DNA from: Podarcis melisellensis | Taxonomy: Eukaryota | DNA: 64,000 bases | Strand: one strand, 5' to 3' | NCBI GenBank assembly: GCA_964234715.1 | Contig: OZ174285.1 | Shown: in pieces, positions 12,147 through 20,069 of the stretch | How positions within the stretch are numbered: position 1 is the first letter of the stretch | Layout of the letters: every line of letters starts with the position of its first letter | Program-made: the position numbers and the translations under genes | Notes under the pieces: model-generated | Databases searched by the model: none | Told to the model about the DNA's origin: nothing | What the model saw: only the letters and a program-made list of their open reading frames with translations

Positions 12147-13554
12147 GTCTGATAGCTAAAATAACATGGCAGGGGCTGGCTACTGCTTTGTTATAAACTT
12201 TGGGTGAAGGTAATACTTTCAAGTGAAAAACAAAGTAGACAATAGGAATACAGTTTCATCATGTTACAAAATCATTTAAAATGGATTGAGCATATATCCT
12301 CTGCTGGGGTAGCCTATTGCTTCAATGTGAAAAGCTCAGGGTTTATTCTTTGCCCTGAAAAACAAAACAAAACACTGAGTTGATAAAGTGAAATTGTGAC
12401 ACCTCTTTTCTGTTTTCTGAATTGTATTATGAGCCCGTTGCAGCACGGATGTGTCAGAGTTCACAAATGTTTGTAGGACTACATCAAGATGAATAATTTG
12501 CAAATTTGCAAAGGTCTTGGAGGGGAGAGAGCGAGAGAGAATGAAACACAATTTTAGAGGTAGTAGGTACCTCTTCTAACCTAGGACCTGTACTGAAGAT
12601 AGCTCCCTTTCAAACCTAGCAGGGGGAACAATTAATAAAGGAACCCATTAAGGTCTGATTGTTGCTGCTAAAAAGGAAGGTTGAATTTCAGTCCTTTGAA
12701 GTAACTGAGAATGATTCAGGCCTCATTACAGAGATATAATCTACATTCATACATTTATGTTAGTGATTCAGATCTATTGGGACAGATTGAATTCCGTTAA
12801 ATAGTGGATCTTTCCTCTGGAACTTTTCTCAGGCTTTTTCAGGCTAACCTAAGAGGGGGCCTAACAATACAAAGTAGTAGGGTACTTAGGGATTCCACTG
12901 TGCTATAAAAGAAAGGCTATACAGAAAGTAGGAAAAAAGGAGTGAGATATAATCTAAAAAGCTATGTCAGCTTTTCATTGGGCCTCTGTTTTGTAAGTGC
13001 CCATCCTGTCATCACACAGTATACAGAAAAAAGGAGCCCATGAGTGTTTCTTCACCAAATATTGCACCTGCTGTAGCTGGGTTTAATAGGATAGTTTCTA
13101 AGATTATTTTTAAATAAAACATTTTGTTCATGCAATCAAACCAAAGCTGCAAAGAGGATCTAAGCAGAACTTTTAACAGTAGGAGCATTGTTGGGGGGTG
13201 GGGTGGCCCAAGGGGCTTTCAACCCAGGTCTTTTGCAAATGGTCCTGGATCTCCTACTCTTTCCTTTGCTCTTTTTTAAACTTTATAAATTTGCCGCATT
13301 ATTTATTTAAAGCATTTATATACCACTTGCCCACTAGCATTTCGAAGAGTTGAATCAAAAATAACCATACAGAATAGAACATTAAGAAAGCACAGATTCT
13401 AGGAGTTATGAGCCATGCATCCAAACCAACAGAAAGCCCCCAAAAGTTCTCTTTGATCTATAAGTGATCAGGTGTTCCTTATCAAATATATACCCCACTA
13501 TCCCCCCCCAAAAAAAAGCAGCCCAGGAAACATATCTGTAAAAAATGCAATTGA

Positions 13555-13605
<51 letters not shown>

Positions 13606-13725
13606 TTATTATTTATACCCCGCCCATCTGGCTGAGTTTCCCTAGCCACTCTGGGCGGCTCCCAATCAAGTGTTAAAAACAGTACAGCATTACAATTAAT
13701 ATATATAATTGTTAAAAACATCTAA
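13555..13725 (-). mobile_element. L2 LINE 3' end with (TTA)n tail
   Basis: (AAT)n run followed by TATACCCCGCCCATCTGGCTGAGTTTCCC..AGCCACTCTGGGCGGCT, the reverse complement of the 3' end at 35040-35100. Confidence 0.8.
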
Positions 13726-13849
13726 AAACAAGGAAACAGGTAACTAACCATGTGTCCGAATACTCACCCAACCAGAAATGTTTTCAACAGACATTTAGAC
13801 GAACACAAAGATGGCACCTGCTCAAACTGCAACTTCTGCTAGACTAAGG

Positions 13850-14240
13850 CCATGACTGCAGAATGGAAACTGCATCACACTTGTAGAAGTCAAGTTCTGT
13901 AGACTGATTGAGACAGCACATATAGGGTAAGATAATCCCTTAAGTAAACTGGTCCCAAGCCAGTCAGGGATGTATATACCAGTAGTAACACTTTTAACTC
14001 AACCTGGTATTGAACTGGCAGCCAGAGTAGATGTTTGAGCACAGGTGCAACACGCTTACAGACTCTCACTCCTGTAAGCAATTATGCTGTAGAATTTTGC
14101 ACTAACATCAAGCAAAAGGGAAGCCCCATGCAGAGTGCACTGGAGTAGTCCAGTTCTGAAGTTAGCAGTTCCTAAATCACTGTGGACAAGCAGCCCTGGT
14201 CCAGGAACAGCCGCAGTTGTCTAACCAGCTGAAGCCTGGC
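13850..14240 (-). mobile_element. Old L2 LINE ORF2 C-terminal remnant
   Basis: ORF 13890-14081 reads PVLKHLLWLPVQYQVELKVLLLVYTSLTGLGPVYLRDYL, matching the L2 LHWLP..K.L.L.YKAL.GLGP.YL motif. Confidence 0.75.
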
Positions 14241-15179
14241 ACACACAAAATCTACTCACCCACAGAGCCTTTATCTTGCTGGGATTCAAGCTCAGCTTAT
14301 TTGCCTTCATCTAGACACCAGTCCGAGACCTGCAGGGACTGTCCTCCTTCAGATGTCATGGAGGAAGAGACCCAAATACCCTAATGAGTACTTGCGCGTT
14401 ATCCTGGGCCCAAGTTGCTAAGGGCCTTGTACATTACTACAAGAACTTTGAACCTGGATAGCTAGTACAACCTTTTAAGCACTGGTGAGCTGTGCTGGTG
14501 GTAGTCTGACCCCATCAATAGTCCGACCACAGCATTTTGCACCAGGTGGAGCTTCCAGACCAGGTGGAAGGGGAGACCCACATTGAGGCAACGTAATAAC
14601 CAAGTGGGTGCATGAGTTCCCAGCCACTGCCACCCATCTTAATTTCCCAGGGGGCACTATACAGATAAATTAGGGTATTTATATGCAATGTAACATAACA
14701 AAACACTTGCACCATGGGCACATGTCCCAGACCCTTAGAGTACGTAGCAATGTCCCCAACTGCTGCATATAATAAAGCCTTTATTATTTCTTTTTTAAAA
14801 AATGTAAGAGCACTGTGCATATCTTAAAAATATAACTGCCCTCCTCCCTCAAAAAAACCCACAAAACCAAAATCTGAAAGCACATTGCACATTAAGGCTG
14901 CAGTCCTATATGTGCACTTATTAGGAGTAAGCCTCACTGAACTCAATGGGGCTTCATAGTTGTTGTTTTTTTAAAAAGATAAATAGGATTTGCCTGTAAA
15001 ATTACTGAAGTAATAGTTAACGAATTAGCACTACTGAAAAATGGAACACTGCTTGCAATTTTCATCACTATTGTATCACAGATCTTGTTTAGATAAAGGC
15101 CACTGACCAGCTCTACTGATGTGCAACTAGTCACACACATCATCTCTAGTTGCCTGAATCAGGATAAACATTCAAATTA

Positions 15180-15558
15180 GATGGCTTTAAGAGGGATCAG
15201 ACCAAGCTTCCTCAACCTCGGCCCTCCAGATGTTTTGAGACTACAATTCCCATCACCACTGGTCCTGCTAGCTAGGGATCATGGGAGTTGTAGGACAAAA
15301 ACATCTGGAGGGCTGAGGTTGAGGAAGCCTGGATTAGACAAAATCATGAGGGATGAATCTATCAGCAGCTACTAACTCTGATGTCTGTGTTCTACCACCA
15401 TAGTCAGAGGCAGCATGCCTCTGAATACCATTTGCTGAAATCACAACTGGTCGCACTTAGGTCCTTCTCATGGGCTTCCCATCTGGTTGGCCACTGTAAG
15501 AACAAAATACTGGACCAGATGGGCCCATTGGCCTGATCCAACAGGACTCATCTTATGT
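15180..15558 (+). mobile_element. CR1 LINE 3' fragment, interrupted by a hAT MITE
   Basis: ATGGCTTTAAGAGGGAT..TAGACAAA..TCTGGTTGGCCACTGT..GATGGGCCCATTGGCCTGATCCA..CTTATGT; similar to 62175-62625. Confidence 0.7.
15203..15331. mobile_element. Palindromic hAT MITE
   Basis: ~34-bp TIR CAAGCTTCCTCAACCTCGGCCCTCCAGATGTTTT / AAAACATCTGGAGGGCTGAGGTTGAGGAAGCCTG; TSD GATCAGAC / GATTAGAC. Confidence 0.85.
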
Positions 15559-15764
15559 AATTGTCCATATCAAAGATCACATTCAAGCCGTTCAATGCCA
15601 CCATGTACATGCACATAAGCCGAAGCATGCGTCCCTTGGGTGGCTCTCTTTCTAGATTAGGGCAAAAGTATCTTTGTAAAGGGGGTCAACCTATCCATTG
15701 GGCTGAAATTTACCTCTACAAGGGCAAAATGTATCACAGGCGGGTGTATCTGGTTGGCCACTGT

Positions 15765-16458
15765 CAGGGCCGGATTTTGGTTTGATGAGGTCCTAAGCTA
15801 CTAAAGGTAATGGGGCCCTTTATATGTCCAGCTGTCCTTTGTCAACAACAAATTGTTGCTGTTTCTTTGTGTTGAATACAGTGGTACCTCGGGTTAAGTA
15901 CTTAATTTGTTCCGGAGGTCCGTACCTAACCTGAAACTGTTCTTAACCTGAAGCACCACTTTAGCTAATGGTCCCTCCTGCTGCTTCCACGTCGCCAGAG
16001 CACGATTTCTGTTCTCATCCTGAAGCAAAGTTCTTAACCTGAAGCACTATTTCTGGTTTAGCGGAGTCTGTAACCCGAAGCATATGTAACCTGAAGCGTA
16101 TGTAACCCAAGGTACCACTGTATATGCTACATGGTAATTTATGGACCTAATAGGTATCTAAAGCCATTTGCACATGTTGCCATGCAACCAGTCCATGCAG
16201 AATGTAGGCGCCATATATATAGAATCGAGCAAACCAGTGATATTTTAGGAAGCCGGCTAGCAGGCGGCGGCCATTACTTACATCATAGGAGCCTACACAA
16301 TACACAACACTGTTGCTGTATGTAGGTTTTATTTGTTTTTTAACTTATATTTTGGAAATGTACATCAGGGGGTTTTTTGCTTTGAATTTTTTGAGGGCCC
16401 CCAAGAGAGAGGGGCCCTAAACTAAAGTTTGTTTAGCTTATACGTAAATCCAGCACTG
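15765..16458. mobile_element. Non-autonomous hAT element carrying a nested Tigger-like MITE
   Basis: TIRs CAGGGCCGGATTT / AAATCCAGCACTG; perfect 8-bp TSD GCCACTGT (15757-15764, 16459-16466). Confidence 0.85.
15879..16120. mobile_element. TcMar-Tigger-like MITE
   Basis: TA|CAGTGGTACCTCGGGTTA ... TAACCCAAGGTACCACTG|TA; second copy at 34759-35324. Confidence 0.85.
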
Positions 16459-17386
16459 GCCACTGTGAGAACTAGATGTGCCATTGGCCTGATCATCAGA
16501 CATTTCATTCATAACCCTATTAAGCAGCTAGTTATATCACTGAGTGAGTTGGATGATAGTAGATATCCATAATTTCTGGGGCTTCTATGTAATTCCCCAC
16601 TGTACACATTCCCCCTCCTGTATTATATAAACTTGCCAATTGAGGACTATGCAACTGATGTAGTAGTCCATGAAAACTTATGCCATAATAAAATTGAAAA
16701 GGTGCCGCACAATTCTTTGTTGTTTTTACAGACAGACATGGCTATGCTTCTGTATGTTCCCAATAGCTTCCCCCCTTTTCTCTGTAAATAAAGACCTCAA
16801 CCGTTCCCTAAATCATATGCAACCCCGCAACTTTCCAAAGCGTTTACGCGTGGATCAAACATTAAGAACAGCTATTTCAGAATGGCACAAACAACGTAAT
16901 AAAACACATGAATTCCAGAACTAGACTTTTTCTTTTTCATTTTGAAGGCTGTTTAAATGTTTCCCCCAGAATCAAAGCCCATAAATTTCAGAAATGAGTC
17001 TTTGGTAACGAAGTGCACATCATAATTAAAGAAAATAATTCCTAATTTTCTGCTGCAGCATTCCCAATACACTCGAAAGCCCAAGCTAATGAATCAATCC
17101 AATCTGAGAACTATTTGTTCAGCTAGTCAAGGAAAAATTGATTCCAAATGGATATAATATAAATGCCCTGGCTATTTTTCCATTGCATTCCATGGATCAG
17201 CATTTTATTCAGATCATGCTTTCTTCCAAGTAATCCGTATGTTTACATATGAGAGAATTTCCTTCTTTCTGTCTTTTAATTTGGAAGGCTAATGTTGCAA
17301 TAATTACTTTATGCTGGCGTATGCCAGCACAACACTGTCATGGCATGTAACTCTCTAACAGCAGAGTAATCTCACAGGTCCTTAGG

Positions 17387-17389
<3 letters not shown>

Positions 17390-17421
<32 letters not shown>
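17390..17421. repeat. (GA)n microsatellite
   Basis: Direct reading. Confidence 0.9.
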
Positions 17422-17423
<2 letters not shown>

Positions 17424-17559
17424 GGGGGGCAGTCTCTGATTCCTTAACATCGAGGAAGGTATACAAATTTGGCACATCCCACTGGAAGCCTGTTAAGTGT
17501 TGGCAACAACAGAGTTCATCACAGGAAAAGCCTAGTATATCTGTCATGATAGCCCTTGT

Positions 17560-17935
17560 GGAACATGACAAATTCCCTGGGAGGGGTGGATAATAACAGC
17601 ACCTTCTGTGGGAAATAAATCACTACTTGCCCTTCATAAACAATAGATGGTTACCCAAAAAAAGTTTTCAAAATGGAAAATGTGCTTCTTTCTGGTAAAG
17701 GAAATTGCATTAATAATAAAAAAACAGACAGATTTTATGGGCAAACCTTTGCAATGCCAATAAAAGTCCCCCCCCCCATTTCCCCCTCTTATTTTCTTTT
17801 GAAGTCCAAGGCGTGATTTGGTAAGTTGAGTCATGTTAGCAATTAGAAATTGGCTCATTTAAGGGGGGCTTATTTCACGGTGAGTTGGGGAGTGATAAAT
17901 CTTGAGACGCTCAAAAGGAAGAGTAAGCTTTAAAA
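17560..17935 (+). promoter_or_regulatory. Candidate FGF10 upstream promoter/enhancer block
   Basis: Repeat-free, about 2 kb upstream of the ATG; TGTGGGAA 17607, TTTTATGG 17733, CCAATAAAA 17757, AGGCGTGA 17809, TGAGTCA 17827. Confidence 0.5.
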
Positions 17936-19494
17936 GTGCAGTACCCCCCTTTTTTTTTTTTGTTTCAGCAACGGAAGCCAGAAATCATTGATTCGTTAAA
18001 ATAAATGGGAGAGGGAGTAAGAGAGAAAGAAAGAAAGAAAAAGAGCGAGAGCGCGCTGGAGACCTCCAGGGAAGTTAGCAGGAGGGGAAGCAAAAGGAGC
18101 TAATTATGGATATCTGTATTTCCCTCGGACCAGCTTATAAACTGCTTTCTTAGAATTTGTCTGCACTTATATCCTTTCTTCCAGATCTTACCCACACGGC
18201 CTCCTTTCTTTATAGAAGGGGGTGCTTGGGGCGGGAGGAGGGAGAGAGACTCCGTCAGCAAAGCAACAAGCACCAGGTGGCTCTCAACTACACACTGCCA
18301 AAAAAATAAAATAAAAATCCTTCTCTAGAAAACAAGTTTTAAAAAGAGGGGGAGAAGGAGGAGGGCTCCCTAGAGGGGATTGGCTGAGAGGGGAAGACAG
18401 GAAAATTAGTAAAGCATGAGTCTCTCAAGCCATGCTGGTGGCCAGAAGGACTGCTTGAGGAGCAATTAGCTGAAGGCTGCTGCTTGCTGCTGCTGCTGCT
18501 GCTATAGGAGAAGAAGCAAAAAAGAAAAAAAGAAAGGAAAAGGAAAAGGGAAAAGGGCAGATTCTGTTGGAGTCTCTCTCTCTCTCTCTCCCGCTCCCAA
18601 TAGGCGCTTGCTCATTGCAACTTGCAAAAGGGTTTCAGATGTCCCAGCACCGCTGCTTGACCCCCTGCAAATAAAACTTGACCACCAGAGGCACGTCCCA
18701 CCTCTCTCCTTCCTAATCTCTAGCATTTAGGATACAGCTTCCAACCTGTTGGCAACCCTACGGAGAGAGAGGGGGAAAGGACTTGTTTTGCAATCTTTTT
18801 TTCTTTTACTTTTTTCAGGAAATATATATATGCAGATATTTGAGATACAGATATCTATCTGTTTCTGGAAGATTCAAGAGAGGGGGGTGCAAGCCCCTGT
18901 TTTCTGCTTCTGAGAAGGACTGCGTTTCTGGGCTTCGGTGAGAGGAAGGTGCAGAAGTTGTTCAGGGTGGGGGGGCGCTGACCCCCCTCCCGTTTCGTTT
19001 TTGCTTTCTCCCGGATTTTTTTCCCCCTTGTCCACCACCGGCTCCGCTGCAAGTGTCGTCGCTCACCCGCCTTGTCATCTCTCTCTCTCTCTCTTTGCAG
19101 ACTTTCCCTCCTTGCCTCTGCGAGAGATGGTGCACAGGGCGAAATAGCCTCGCGCGCTCGCAGCAGCAACAGCAGCAGCAAAGCGGCAAACCAGCCCCCA
19201 GGAGTTTGGTGATGGGGGGTTGAAAGGCCTGGGGGAAGAGAAAGAAAGAAAGAAGGAGGGAGAAAGAAAAAGATCGCCAAGAAAATCTGCAAGCCAAACA
19301 ACCGCCTGAGCTCGCCCAGAAAACTGTAAGGCAACTTTGTGGTGTGTGTGCGCGCTTGTGCGTTCTTGGAAAGGACTCGAAGGATTAATAAAAGGAGGGC
19401 GAAGGAAGCCGAACCAAGGAGAGCGCGTGGAAGTGGGGGAACCCAAAGTGGAGCGAAGGCACCGTTTCCTGCGGAGCGCTTGGCCCCCTGAGGC

Positions 19495-19620
19495 ATGGAA
19501 GTCGGCGCCCTCCCTCCAGGCCAGATCAGCGCGCCGAGGTCTGTGAGCAGAAGGGCTCCCCATCAGCTGTCCCCTCGCCTCTCCCCGGGGTTCCCCCTTC
19601 CAGTATGTTTCTTTTCATGA
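19495..19620 (+). other. Upstream ORF, 41 aa ([41 protein letters not shown])
   Basis: Hand translation; strong Kozak GGC-ATG-G; TGA at 19618-19620. Translation is inferred. Confidence 0.5.
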
Positions 19621-19670
19621 GGCATCTCCCCGCGCCCAGAGCTTCAGTACAATGTGCAAATGGAGACTGA
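19605..19670 (+). other. Overlapping upstream ORF, 21 aa ([21 protein letters not shown])
   Basis: ATG 19605 (A at -3), second in-frame ATG 19617, out of frame with FGF10, TGA at 19668-19670 inside the CDS. Confidence 0.6.
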
Positions 19671-20069
19671 TACAGGGTGCCTCAGCCTTCGCCCACCTGC
19701 CTTCCTCCTCCTCCTCCTCCTCCTCCTCTTCTTCCTCCTCCTCCTCCTCCTCCCGCCGCCGCCGCAGCTTCGTCTTCCTGCTGCTGCTCTGGATGTCGTC
19801 GTCCCTGGCTGCCCCCTGCCATGAGCACGGCCAAGACATGCTGCTCCTCAAGGCCACCAACTCTTCGTCTTCGTCGTCGTCGTCGCCATCCTCCTCCTCC
19901 TCCTCCTCTTCCTCCTCCTCGCCCGCCAGCGCGGGGAGACACGTGCGGAGCTACAACCACCTCCGAGGAGACGTGCGCTGGAGGAAGCTCTACTCTTACA
20001 ACAAGTTCTTCCTCCGGATTGAGAAGAACGGCAACGTCAGCGGCACCAAGAGGGAGAACTGCCCTTATA
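19652..20069 (+). CDS. FGF10: Fibroblast growth factor 10, first coding exon (139 codons + 1 nt)
   Basis: [68 protein letters not shown] are diagnostic FGF10 sequence; donor TAT A|GTAAGT at 20069/20070 is at the known phase-1 exon 1 boundary. Confidence 0.97.

Noticed and set aside
11889-12222. ORFs spanning the N run
   Set aside because: Artefacts of the assembly gap.
18855-19960. Several long antisense ORFs (213, 162, 111, 92, 81 aa)
   Set aside because: Stop-poor CpG island and microsatellite translations with no recognisable domain.
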